IMG/VR virus record: IMGVR_UViG_3300031999_000023
Span: 1 to 59,782 of that record
Strand: one strand, 5' to 3'
DNA from: a virus
Taxonomy: Duplodnaviria > Caudoviricetes
Length of the DNA stretch: 59,782 bases
The notes beneath the pieces were generated by a model. That model searched no databases and had not been told where the DNA came from. It was given only the letters and a program-made list of their open reading frames with translations. Below, in pieces: positions 37,973-47,077 of the stretch. Position 1 is the first letter of the stretch, and each line of letters begins with the position of its first letter. A program made the translations under genes and the position numbers.

Positions 37973-38635
37973 ATGAACAAGATTATAAAGTACAAATTGA
38001 CAAATCAAAATCTACAGACACATAACAATTTTCGATGGAAAGTAAGAAAATGGGTAAAAGTAAAAGGAAAACTTAAACAAAGTTTATGCACAGATGGGTG
38101 GTTGCATTGTTATGATAGCCCGCTGTTGGCTGTGCTGCATAATCCAATACACGCAGCTATCGAAAATCCCCGACTGTGGGAAGTAGAAGTCGATGGGGAA
38201 TGTAAAAATGACCGGGGATTAAAGTGTGGGTATCGGAGGATGCGATTGTTTCGAGAAATTCCCGTCCCGAATATGAGTATAATACAAAGAAAGGCGTATG
38301 GAATACTCTGTGCTAAAGAAGTTGTAACCGATAATAAATGGAATCTCTGGGCGGATAATTGGTTATCGGGCAAAGATAGAACTGCCAATGCCGCCTATGC
38401 CGCCGCCAATGCCGCCGCCGATGCCGCCTATGCCGCCGCCGATGCCGCCTATGCCGCCGATGCCGCCGCCTATGCCGTCAATGCCGCCAATGCCGCCTAT
38501 GCCGTCAATGCCGCCAATGCCGCCTATGCCGCCGCCTATGCCGCCTATGCCGCCGCCTATGCCGCCGATGCCGCCCGTCCTAAAACTATTAATTTTGTGA
38601 AATTGGCTAAACAGGCCATGAGCTTTGAATACTAA
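37973..38635 (+). CDS. Phage protein with C-terminal Ala/Tyr-rich repeats
   Basis: LCTDGWLHCY...WADNWLSGKDR then (AAY/AAD/AAN)n. Confidence 0.7.
   Translation: MNKIIKYKLTNQNLQTHNNFRWKVRKWVKVKGKLKQSLCTDGWLHCYDSPLLAVLHNPIHAAIENPRLWEVEVDGECKNDRGLKCGYRRMRLFREIPVPNMSIIQRKAYGILCAKEVVTDNKWNLWADNWLSGKDRTANAAYAAANAAADAAYAAADAAYAADAAAYAVNAANAAYAVNAANAAYAAAYAAYAAAYAADAARPKTINFVKLAKQAMSFEY
38383..38576 (+). repeat. Low-complexity coding repeat (GCC)n-[T/G/A]AT
   Basis: Visible tandem GCCGCCTAT/GCCGCCGAT/GCCGCCAAT units. Confidence 0.9.
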
Positions 38636-38678
38636 TTAACTACTAAAACATTAAAAAATAGTATGAAAGGGTAGGAAA

Positions 38679-39326
38679 ATGGCAACACAATTATATCTAA
38701 GAGATTTGAGCGAAGAAGCTCAAGAATATTACAAGAAAGAAATTCAGTCAAATCCAAAATTGACAAAGCTACGCGAAGCACTTCATAATGGCGATGATAT
38801 TGTAGTTGGTACGTTATTCGATACAAAAAAGGGTTTTACGCACGAACCATCGAACAGCCAGAATAAAGATTGGTACACTCCGCCAGAAGTCTTTGAGCTT
38901 TTGAAGTTTCCAGAATTTGACCTTGACCCTGCAAGTCCGGGCAAATCTAAAGTCAAGTGGATACCGGCAAAAGAACATTACACGGAAAACGGCTTGCTTA
39001 AAGAATGGCATGGCCGCGTCTGGCTCAATCCGCCTTATGGTCAAGAAACAGGCGACTGGCTTAATAAGTTGGCTCTGCATGGCAACGGTATTGCTTTGGT
39101 CTTTGCCCGAACAGATACTCTTTGGTTTCATACTATTGCTTGCAAGGCCGATGTGATATGTTTTCTCAATGGCCGTATTCGGTTCATTGATGAGAATGGC
39201 AAACAAGGCGGTTCTTCTGGTTGTGGCTCTATGCTTTTGGCGTGGGGCAATGAATGTGCCGAGATACTTGTTGGCTCAGGTGCTGGCTGGTGCGTTGATA
39301 ACCGTAAACCAATTTTGGAAGGGTAA
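38679..39326 (+). CDS. Phage N6-adenine DNA methyltransferase with ~50-aa N-terminal extension
   Basis: DWYTPPE, FDLDPAS, VWLNPPYG, LVFARTDT, GRIRF motifs. Confidence 0.85.
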   Translation: MATQLYLRDLSEEAQEYYKKEIQSNPKLTKLREALHNGDDIVVGTLFDTKKGFTHEPSNSQNKDWYTPPEVFELLKFPEFDLDPASPGKSKVKWIPAKEHYTENGLLKEWHGRVWLNPPYGQETGDWLNKLALHGNGIALVFARTDTLWFHTIACKADVICFLNGRIRFIDENGKQGGSSGCGSMLLAWGNECAEILVGSGAGWCVDNRKPILEG

Positions 39327-39330
39327 GAAG

Positions 39331-39645
39331 ATGAATGAAAGCAAACATACGCGAACGCCTTGGCATTTCAAAAAGCCTCCGGCAGATAGTTTGATGGGAA
39401 CAAAGATATATGGCCCCCTACATAGGGATGGTACTGATTACGCTGCCTTATGTGAACTTCAAGATATGGAAGATGCTCGGTTCATCGTCAAGGCATGTAA
39501 CAGCTATGATGCTCTGCTGGCTGCGTGCAATACTATTAAACATCACGAAGAAGGGTGTTTGCGTCAAGGTTGTGGTTATGACTCTATCGTTCATCAAATG
39601 GCCAATACCGCCCTTGCTCTGGCTCAGAAAGAAGGTGGAAAATGA
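39331..39645 (+). CDS. Conserved phage hypothetical protein
   Basis: KHTRTPW...DARFIVKACN motif. Confidence 0.65.
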   Translation: MNESKHTRTPWHFKKPPADSLMGTKIYGPLHRDGTDYAALCELQDMEDARFIVKACNSYDALLAACNTIKHHEEGCLRQGCGYDSIVHQMANTALALAQKEGGK

Positions 39646-39788
39646 AAACTTGCACGAACTGTACAGGCTACAGGAGTTGTGCCAAATTACTCAAGCGATT
39701 AAGCATTGACCCGGACAATCCAAATAATGAAGCCATTATGATTTGCGCTCGTTATCGCGACAAAAATATCAAGGCTCGGAAGTCTTAG
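39642..39788 (+). CDS. 48-aa Cys-containing protein
   Basis: ATGA-coupled; CTNC...C...C. Confidence 0.45.
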   Translation: MKTCTNCTGYRSCAKLLKRLSIDPDNPNNEAIMICARYRDKNIKARKS

Positions 39789-39802
39789 AAGCATTTTCTT
39801 AC

Positions 39803-39838
39803 CGCCCCTCGCGCTCGTTGCCGGGGGGCATTTTATTT
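39803..39838 (+). terminator. Terminator-like hairpin between convergent operons
   Basis: GCCCCTC.../...GGGGGGC followed by ATTTTATTT. Confidence 0.45.
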
Positions 39839-39893
39839 GCGCTCGTATATGCGAGATTTGGGGCGTGCCAACCATGCCTCGGAGCGAGATCGT

Positions 39894-40118
39894 TCATTGT
39901 GGGTCATGTGGTCGAATCGATTCGGCTATCAAGCATACCAAATCAATCGCTTCGTTTTCATTCTTGCACAACTTGATTCTGTGCCATCTATTTTTATATT
40001 TTCCTTGCACCCAGACCGGCGCGTTGATATCGATGGGTATTTGCGAACCCTTCTTCTGCGTCCGTTTGATTCTGACCGAGAGGTAAGGGCCGTTATGATT
40101 CAGGTGACGACGTGACAT
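39894..40118 (-). CDS. Hypothetical protein
   Basis: GGAG RBS; 74 aa. Confidence 0.45.
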   Translation of the reverse strand: MSRRHLNHNGPYLSVRIKRTQKKGSQIPIDINAPVWVQGKYKNRWHRIKLCKNENEAIDLVCLIAESIRPHDPQ

Positions 40119-40434
40119 CTACCGTCTCCAGTGCGCAGGTCAGGGCTTCGAGAATTTCATCAAGGAAAAAATTGCACCTTTGAAAAAGTGTGTCAATTAT
40201 CATCGCTGAGAGAATTTCCACTTCTTTCTGATTCAAAAAGAAAAGGTGAACTGAACCGTATAGATAAAACGTATGTGCCGGTATTTCTCTTGCAACTTTC
40301 TGCACTATGGTTAATCGCCCAATATTATCTCTGTTGCAATTATCAAGAAGACATTCGCAAAGACTCGATATGTGCGAACTGTTCATCCCGATTATGTGTA
40401 TGCACTTCCTTGTGTCGTCTACTATTTCTATCAT
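40093..40434 (-). CDS. Hypothetical protein
   Basis: GGAG RBS; 113 aa. Confidence 0.45.
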   Translation of the reverse strand: MIEIVDDTRKCIHIIGMNSSHISSLCECLLDNCNRDNIGRLTIVQKVAREIPAHTFYLYGSVHLFFLNQKEVEILSAMIIDTLFQRCNFFLDEILEALTCALETVDVTSSPES

Positions 40435-40445
40435 TTTGTTTCTCC

Positions 40446-42008
40446 CTAAACTTTCCGCATACAGAGCACAGTTTCATAGTCAATACGGACATCGTCGTTC
40501 CAATCCCAATGCACTTCGCCGGAATCCATAAAAGCAAGTTCCTGGGCCTTTTGTAGAATCCTGCATAGTTTGGCTTTAGTGAGTTTCTCTGTGGCCTTAG
40601 TAATCCATATCTCGTGTGATTCTTGAGGTAGCGTTTTCCAATAGTTTCTCCAAGCCGCTTTATTGTTGGCATTTCGGCGGAAGAATGATACCCGTTCTTT
40701 ACGTTGTTTTTTGGCCCAGTCCATAATCATTGTTGCCGGCTCTTTGTAAAGCATGGCGTGGTGTAGGCATACCGTTTGGAAGCCCTGGGACTCGCACAGG
40801 CGTTGCCAGTCGCCGGGGAAGTCTACGAGCTTGCCTTTGCGGACAAATGCCTTGACGACCCATATAGCGAATCCCTGGGGCTTTAGGATTTTGTAGCATT
40901 CGGAAATTATAATTTTCGCTGCGGACCAGAATGTTTCGCCCTGCTGTTGACCAAGTTGACCTTGTGCATCGCCATATTTGCGTTCGTATCGCTTTGTGGA
41001 ATCGTGTGGGCATAAGTCATTTGATTTATTGGGCGTAGTCATACTTCCTTCATACGGTGGGCTCGAAATGATTGCCGAGACTTCGCCGGGCGGCAGAGAG
41101 GCTATGTTGCCGGGAGTATTCATATCTGCATAATCTTGTTTAACTCTGGCCGCACTATCGACTCCACCTGCCCATTGAGCCTTTCCTGCCGTCATATCTT
41201 TTGGATTATTATTTACCTGAGTCGATTGAGAGAATGGCGGCGAACTAACCACCGCATCGACGCTGCCGGGCTTCATGGCGCCCAACTGGCCGGGAGTCTG
41301 ACCGTGATTCTCTGGCATATATGAACGTTTGCCTACTAAGTCGAATACTCCTTTGCGTTGTGATTCGTTGTGATATCCTTTCTTCGCAATCCCCCCGCCA
41401 GTTTGTGCTTCGGCGAAAGGCGGACTCCCCACGATACACTCCGCCCGTCCGATGATTTCGGACAACTGGCGGCTGTCGCCCTGGATCATTACCGGCTGGT
41501 AGCTGTGGCCGAAGTGGCCGCACTCGAAAGCCTTGCGGTTGCGCTCGAAGTTGCCGACGTAGTGATGCGGCTCGGAGCATGGAATTATGCCCGTGTGCTG
41601 TTTATACCATCCTTGAGCCTGACCATGACATTCAGGGCATATATCGGGATTCTTGCGGAACCTGTTAAACCATCGCAACCATTCAGGCTTGCTCATGCCT
41701 GGGCAATCGTAGCTGTTTGCCATGCGATAAAATTCAGACTCTAATTCCACACAGACCACACGCAGGCCCAGAGAAGCGCCGACGAGTCCCGTCGAACCTA
41801 TCCCGCCGAACGGATCGACTACGACGTCGCCGGGCTTAATCCATCCTTCGCCCATGGCGTGCTTGAATATCCGCTTTGTAAGAGCGTAGCTCATCTTGGC
41901 AAGTCATGGGTGGGCAAACGCTTCAGGCACAATAATACCTTGCCACGATTCATCGTAACAGTTGTGCCATTTGCTAATGCCCACCGGTTCCTTTTTGTTT
42001 TGATTCAT
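40446..42008 (-). CDS. Amino (N4C/N6A-type) DNA methyltransferase interrupted by an in-frame TGA at 41904-41906
   Basis: AFAHP*LAKMSY, then DPFGGIGST (SAM binding) and three SPP[F/Y] motifs; main ORF 40446..41894. Confidence 0.75.
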
Positions 42009-42009
42009 A

Positions 42010-42549
42010 TTAACCCTTGTGATTGGTTGTTCTTCCTAATTTCTCAACTATGCCATGACAACTACGACACAGAATAACAATATTGTCTGGCCCAAATGCT
42101 TCTTCATGGTTTTCACATTCAGAATATGGTTTTTTATGATGCGGAATAGCATTAAACCCCTTAACGTAAACATTACATCTATCGCATTTATTTTTTGCTC
42201 TTTGAAGTGCCCACAACCTCATAACCTTCCATGCCGTACTCCTACTTCCAAACCGAGTGCTTGTGCCACCTTTCCACTTTGAAGATTTTGTTCCAGTAAG
42301 TGTTTTCTGAAATTCGTTCGCACATTCTCGACTACAAAAACGTCCCCTACCTTGTTTAATTCTCCATTCAGGAACTGAAAAAAAACCCATGCATTGTGGA
42401 CATATCGTATCAACAAACCGTCTTTGTTTTTTACTTCCACTACCTTTGCCTGCACAATAACAACATGTTTTGCTTTTTGTACTTTTTGCCTTGCCACACT
42501 TTGGGCATGCCTGGAAGTTCTTTTGATATTTTCTATTCAGCAATAACAT
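42010..42549 (-). CDS. HNH endonuclease with zinc-finger repeats
   Basis: CPQC...FCSREC; CDRC...HHKK...DNIVILCRSCH. Confidence 0.85.
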   Translation of the reverse strand: MLLLNRKYQKNFQACPKCGKAKSTKSKTCCYCAGKGSGSKKQRRFVDTICPQCMGFFSVPEWRIKQGRGRFCSRECANEFQKTLTGTKSSKWKGGTSTRFGSRSTAWKVMRLWALQRAKNKCDRCNVYVKGFNAIPHHKKPYSECENHEEAFGPDNIVILCRSCHGIVEKLGRTTNHKG

Positions 42550-42620
42550 ATTATCCCCTGCCAGCCATCATCGTAGCATCCGTGCCATTCGTTACAGATT
42601 ATTTCGTTCTCAAAGTTCAT
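42537..42620 (-). pseudogene. Displaced original N-terminus of the methyltransferase
   Basis: GAGAGG RBS then MNFENEIICNEWHGCYDDGWQGII, homologous to KWHNCYDESWQGII downstream of the HNH gene. Confidence 0.75.
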
Positions 42621-42821
42621 TCGACCTCTCTAAATACGGAAATTAAAGGCTCTTGCAGGCGCCTGAACTGGTCCTTCATAGCCGCCTTCTCGAACGGCGT
42701 GAACTTCTCTTTGCGCTCGCGCTGGCGGTCTCGTATCATCTTTTTCAGTTGAGCGGTTTTTCGTTCTTTCCAGTCCATCTTTTACTCCGTTCTGAATCTT
42801 GCCCGATACCGGGTTAAAATA

Positions 42822-42888
42822 GGCGGCGGGGACATAGGCAACGAGCCTATCCGTGAAAAACGCTTATTCATAAGCCGCCCCCGCCACC
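42822..42888 (-). ncRNA. Small multi-stem RNA candidate
   Basis: 10-bp closing stem GGTGGCGGGG/CCCCGCCGCC enclosing the hairpins GCTTAT/ATAAGC and ATAGGC/GCCTAT. Confidence 0.4.
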
Positions 42889-42926
42889 AAGTTCTCAATA
42901 CTTCATAGGCGATCCACCTCCTTTCG

Positions 42927-43319
42927 TTAGGCGGCCTTTTCGTTGCCGTCGAAGCCCATATTCGATTGCCTTTCTTCGGCCATCATCTTCCGCTCGGTGA
43001 CAATCTCATGGGTATCGTCCCGCGTCACAATAACTTTGCCTTCGGTGTAGTTCAGTTCCATCGTGCAGGCCGTGTTGCGATAATCGTATTTGTTGCGGAC
43101 AAGATTGCGTTGCACTTTGGCTGCGGCTTCCTTGGCTTCGATCTGTGCCTTGAAGTCGGCCACAACCTCCTTTCGCTTGTCGTCAAGGGCTTCGAGTTCG
43201 TCGAGATTGCGAGCTAATTCCTGAGCGGCAACTCTGACCTCTTCCACGGTAAGCTCGCATTTCAGAAGCCTTGTTTCATGCGTGGTTTTGATGCTTGGTA
43301 AATCATTTTTCTTTGCCAT
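42927..43319 (-). CDS. Conserved phage coiled-coil protein
   Basis: LKCELTVEE...RDDTHEIVTERKM; AAGGA RBS. Confidence 0.7.
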   Translation of the reverse strand: MAKKNDLPSIKTTHETRLLKCELTVEEVRVAAQELARNLDELEALDDKRKEVVADFKAQIEAKEAAAKVQRNLVRNKYDYRNTACTMELNYTEGKVIVTRDDTHEIVTERKMMAEERQSNMGFDGNEKAA

Positions 43320-43344
43320 AGTGACATTCCTTTCTTTTCGATTA

Positions 43345-43848
43345 TTATGTATTGCATTCCTGCAGCAACATTTGCTGGGACTCTTTTTCTCGTTCGTTAC
43401 TTAGTGCGGTTATGTATATTTCCGTGCGCGGGTTTTCAGAATATCGTTTTATAATCCGCCCATCGCAAACCTGCGAATCGTTTCGGAAGAACACGCCCGT
43501 CAGGGCATCAAGAACAAGTTTATCGCAGTTATCACGGTCTTTGCCCGTATCCTTCCAGATCGATGCGGAGTCCTTGAGCTTACCCGCGTTCCGACCGGAG
43601 CCGTAATCGGTCTTTCGGTACGCATAGAAGAAAAAACAATCGACGCGCAACGGCCCGATCAGGGGCTTGTCCGGCGCCTGGGCTTGGACTATGGACCGCA
43701 GAGACTGTTTATCAACGGCGGACGGGTCGTATGCTCGCACGAACTTCAACGGCTTGCCGTTACGGTCCTTGCCTGTGTACCTGTGCCGCTTTTGGGCTTG
43801 TGGCTCGCCGAGTATTACGAGCTTATAGTCGTAGGGCTGCTTAGCCAT
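43345..43848 (-). CDS. rusA: RusA-family Holliday junction resolvase
   Basis: GEPQAQKRHR...KDRDNCDKLVLDALTG..FRNDSQV...KRYS. Confidence 0.85.
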   Translation of the reverse strand: MAKQPYDYKLVILGEPQAQKRHRYTGKDRNGKPLKFVRAYDPSAVDKQSLRSIVQAQAPDKPLIGPLRVDCFFFYAYRKTDYGSGRNAGKLKDSASIWKDTGKDRDNCDKLVLDALTGVFFRNDSQVCDGRIIKRYSENPRTEIYITALSNEREKESQQMLLQECNT

Positions 43849-44090
43849 CAGTCAGTTCCTTTGCACTTAAAATATTTCTTCCGCGTCATACCAAAATGTT
43901 CTTCTGCCATGCTCTGATTAAAATATTCACCGCAATATAGACATCGAAATGCCATCCAAACAGGTATAGTTCCAGTACGTATATCACCACAATTACGAAG
44001 TGTTACATAGCCCATCTTCGCTTCCTGCATTTGTTTTGCTACAAATTTACGTTTGGCTTCAACTGTTTTTCTCGTATCCGAACATTTCAT
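43848..44090 (-). CDS. Small Zn-finger protein
   Basis: FRCLYCGEYF...AEEHFG. Confidence 0.6.
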   Translation of the reverse strand: MKCSDTRKTVEAKRKFVAKQMQEAKMGYVTLRNCGDIRTGTIPVWMAFRCLYCGEYFNQSMAEEHFGMTRKKYFKCKGTD

Positions 44091-44350
44091 TATTCACCAC
44101 CCTTCTTGTGAGTTCTCGAAAATCCCAATTTTGAAGCTCCTGAAATTACATCGGCCCGCAGCGACATGACGTCTTTGTACTGATCACCAGTCAGTCGCGG
44201 CAGATTAAGGGCCTCGGTAATCTGGTAGTCCTTGCCGCACCATCCACACCGGAATAAATTGCGCCAAGGTTGCCAGAGTAAGTTGGGTTTACCGCAATTC
44301 TTACCGTCGCACGTCGCCCGTTCTGCTATGATTTCGAGTTCATTTTCCAT
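44090..44350 (-). CDS. Small Zn-ribbon protein
   Basis: CDGKNC...CGWC; translationally coupled. Confidence 0.55.
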   Translation of the reverse strand: MENELEIIAERATCDGKNCGKPNLLWQPWRNLFRCGWCGKDYQITEALNLPRLTGDQYKDVMSLRADVISGASKLGFSRTHKKGGE

Positions 44351-44577
44351 TAGTCACCTCTTTTCTTGTTATGGCCTGCTTTTATCCGGCGTGTTCTCAA
44401 AAAAGCCTTTGCACGGTCTATGACAATATCTCTCATCTCATAAAGTAAAAACCAGCAGTTCGTTGTCGATAAATTACGGCATTCCCCGATGAGCTTTCTT
44501 AACTCGTCGCTGGATAACTTGCTGATTGAATTATCAAATGCTTCACTGATTTTGCTGATTCGTTTGAAATTAGACAT
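44350..44577 (-). CDS. Hypothetical protein
   Basis: STTNCWF motif; coupled. Confidence 0.55.
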   Translation of the reverse strand: MSNFKRISKISEAFDNSISKLSSDELRKLIGECRNLSTTNCWFLLYEMRDIVIDRAKAFLRTRRIKAGHNKKRGD

Positions 44578-44581
44578 CGGT

Positions 44582-44998
44582 TCATCCTGTTAATAGTTTT
44601 GGCATTTCTGATTTTTGAAGTCTTGCAATATTCTCCGGCATTCGCATGAAGTCGCCTACTGTCGTGCCGTCAGGCAGCGCCATCATCGCAAGGAATTGAT
44701 CTTCAAACGTTATTCCGCCGGACTGGATTTCTTCCAGTTTCATTTTGAGGCTCATATAGAATATCCGCCATCGCTGCCGGACGGCCTGTTTGTATCCGCT
44801 GTCGGTCCTGTAATCGTTCGGACTGGGCATTGGGACGTTATGCTTAAAAACCTTGCCCTTGTATTTGAATCCTATGCCATCGCCTCGGGGACTCGTGCCG
44901 AAAAAGAATTCATCGATCCCGTAATTTATCAGAAGGTCTTGGACTTGAACTTTAGTCCTGCTTACCTCTACTGTTGTATTTTTGGCGTATTTAGACAT
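44582..44998 (-). CDS. Conserved phage hypothetical protein
   Basis: YAKNTTVEVSRT...RQRWR...KMKLE...FEDQFLA...LPDGTTVGD. Confidence 0.7.
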   Translation of the reverse strand: MSKYAKNTTVEVSRTKVQVQDLLINYGIDEFFFGTSPRGDGIGFKYKGKVFKHNVPMPSPNDYRTDSGYKQAVRQRWRIFYMSLKMKLEEIQSGGITFEDQFLAMMALPDGTTVGDFMRMPENIARLQKSEMPKLLTG

Positions 44999-45710
44999 TA
45001 TCCCCCTCCGCCTCATTGAAAGACGTACCATGACAACCAAGACACTCCGTTGGCTTGCTCTGGAATTCAAGCCCGCACTTTTTGTTTTTGCATATCCAGA
45101 TTTTCTTTTTGACATGCCCCTGCCGGTCCGGGTTATTCTCTGCCTGCTCGGCCATGTCGGAGTTCTGCCGCCCGGCCAAGGCACGCAGCCTTGCAGCCTC
45201 TGCGTGGTTGCCTTCATGCTCGGCATAAGCGGCCGCGGCCAGCTCCTCAATTTCGAACTGGCCCAGAGAAACAGCTTTCCCATTTCCCCAATATTGAGCC
45301 CGCCACATCAGCGTGCCGTCCTGCCTCTGCTTGGCGGCTGAGACACCTTTGTATTGCGATGACTTTTTCCTCGGCCCGCGTAAGCCCGGGATGTGTTTGG
45401 GTTTGTCCTCCTTGACCGCCTTTTTGTATTTGCCGCGCAGCTTTTTCCCGGCCTTTGTTTTCGGTGCAGCCGCCGGCTTTTCTGCCGCAACCTGATTCAG
45501 ACTATCTGTTTGTATGAATGGCTCAAAAGTCGCTTGGGCCGGTGTAAACTGCGAACATACATCATCGCCGAGCAAAAGGTCTGATTCTGATCCGTCCCCG
45601 GTGCAGACCAAAGAGACTATTTTAACGGTCCGCGCGTCCCTGAGTAAATAACACTCTCCATCAGCCCCCACATAAAACCTGGTTTGTTTAATCGTTTCTT
45701 CCGTGATCAT
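44991..45710 (-). CDS. AP2-domain DNA-binding protein with C-terminal Zn ribbon
   Basis: SSQYKGVS...WRAQ...LGQFEIEELAAAAY; CKNKKC...CLGC. Confidence 0.7.
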   Translation of the reverse strand: MITEETIKQTRFYVGADGECYLLRDARTVKIVSLVCTGDGSESDLLLGDDVCSQFTPAQATFEPFIQTDSLNQVAAEKPAAAPKTKAGKKLRGKYKKAVKEDKPKHIPGLRGPRKKSSQYKGVSAAKQRQDGTLMWRAQYWGNGKAVSLGQFEIEELAAAAYAEHEGNHAEAARLRALAGRQNSDMAEQAENNPDRQGHVKKKIWICKNKKCGLEFQSKPTECLGCHGTSFNEAEGDNV

Positions 45711-45739
45711 TTTTGTTTCTCCTTTCACCTTTACGGGAT

Positions 45740-46132
45740 CTACGCCGTCGTTTCGTTTTCGTGGATGTTTCCGATGACTTCGACAGCTCTGCCTAAATAA
45801 AATCTTGGCTCTGTTTGTTGGTCTCGCAAAAAAGGCATCCAGCCACAACTACACCAAGCCACCATACTGCAAGGTTCGTGGGGAGTTAGTAATAAATCCC
45901 CCTCGTATATCTCTTGCCCTTCTGGGAACTCTTCTGTTCGCTTGCAGTCCTTGAGGCTGGTGAACTCGCCTATGGTTTCGGGAAGGACTGAATAAAATTC
46001 TTCAAACTCTTTTCCGTTAATACCCGTATGAATATAATACTCCACACCATCGGCCAACCGTTCCCAATCGAGTGACCCGTAAACCCATTCCCCATTATCT
46101 ATACGCTTGCCTCTGAACTTTATCTCTCTCAT
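45740..46132 (-). CDS. YopX-family protein
   Basis: MREIKFRGKR..NGEWVYG...IYEGD...EVIGNIHEN. Confidence 0.88.
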   Translation of the reverse strand: MREIKFRGKRIDNGEWVYGSLDWERLADGVEYYIHTGINGKEFEEFYSVLPETIGEFTSLKDCKRTEEFPEGQEIYEGDLLLTPHEPCSMVAWCSCGWMPFLRDQQTEPRFYLGRAVEVIGNIHENETTA

Positions 46133-46135
46133 TGT

Positions 46136-46930
46136 TTACTCCTTTGTTTTTTGTTTAGCCACACTTGCCCTGTAGCCAATTTCTTTATCGAGTCTGGAGA
46201 AGAACACCGCCATTGGGATTCTTCCTGATTTTGAATCTTTTGCTATCACGAGAATCTTTTGATAAATAGTTTCATTCAAAAGTTTTTCTTCGATTTGGAA
46301 CTTCACCCATTGAATGAGGTTCAACAATGCTTGTCTCTGTGATTTCGAGTTAGGTTTGAGCGATTTGTCCAAGTCTTCCGCGAACCGTAACAAATCCATA
46401 GACAAAGATGCGCGAGCTTTAGCCATATCATGGTTCTTACGATTAGAAAAATCGTTACTATGTTCTTCTTCTTCTTCTTTATCTGCTTCTGCTTCTGCTT
46501 CTGCTTCTGCTTGGGCTGACTTTTGCTGACATCCTGCTGACATTGCCTGTTTTAACATTCCTTTTTTGTCTCGCTCTCTTTGATTCCTTTTGGCTATGCG
46601 GTTCTGTTCACGCCGTTTTTCTAAATCACGGTTTCTGCGATACTTATCATAATTTATCAAATGCCAGCCGCCTTGAATCCGCTCGATTCGACGTCCTTCT
46701 TTGTCGGGAGTTTTGCTATACATATCAGGACTTTGCAGCTTTTCAATTGCTGACTCATATTGACATTTGCTGACGTTAGCTGACGTCATCAACCGTCGCG
46801 GATCGCCTATGACATTTCCATCCACGTCAGCCATAGCTAAAAAAGTTATCCAAACAATTCGTGTTGCGGTGTCCTCTTCCCAAATACTACTGTTGATTAT
46901 GCCGCTGTAGAGCTTCGTGAATCCGTTCAT
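46136..46930 (-). CDS. Phage replication initiator protein
   Basis: FTKLYSGIINSSIW...AMADVDG...WHLINYDKYR, AEAEAEAE linker, internal iteron-like repeats. Confidence 0.75.
   Translation of the reverse strand: MNGFTKLYSGIINSSIWEEDTATRIVWITFLAMADVDGNVIGDPRRLMTSANVSKCQYESAIEKLQSPDMYSKTPDKEGRRIERIQGGWHLINYDKYRRNRDLEKRREQNRIAKRNQRERDKKGMLKQAMSAGCQQKSAQAEAEAEAEADKEEEEEHSNDFSNRKNHDMAKARASLSMDLLRFAEDLDKSLKPNSKSQRQALLNLIQWVKFQIEEKLLNETIYQKILVIAKDSKSGRIPMAVFFSRLDKEIGYRASVAKQKTKE
46515..46784. repeat. Iteron-like GCTGAC repeats (candidate origin)
   Basis: TGAC at 46517, 46527, 46538 and 46751, 46761, 46771, 46781 (10-11 bp phase). Confidence 0.55.
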
Positions 46931-46941
46931 AGTAGAATCCT

Positions 46942-46998
46942 AAAAATAAACCCCAGGCTGACCGCAAGATCAACAAAGTTGAAATGCACCTGGGGTTT
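46942..46998 (-). terminator. Hairpin plus U-rich tract just upstream of the initiator gene
   Basis: AAACCCCAGG...CCTGGGGTTT followed by ATTTTT. Confidence 0.45.
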
Positions 46999-47077
46999 TG
47001 TATATAATCGTTCAATCCATTCGGTTATGATATACATAGCTTCCCTGCTTATGCTTCCTTGCTCTTTTAACGCCTTA

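Noticed and set aside
38383-38600. CRISPR array or poly-Pro/Met protein (ORF 38388..38600)
   Set aside because: Low-complexity Ala-codon repeats of the 37973 gene; no spacers. The Pro/Met ORF is a shifted-frame shadow.
42822-42888. Selenocysteine or UGA-suppressor tRNA explaining the TGA interruptions
   Set aside because: The TCA lies in a linker without a proper anticodon stem, and there is no T-loop.
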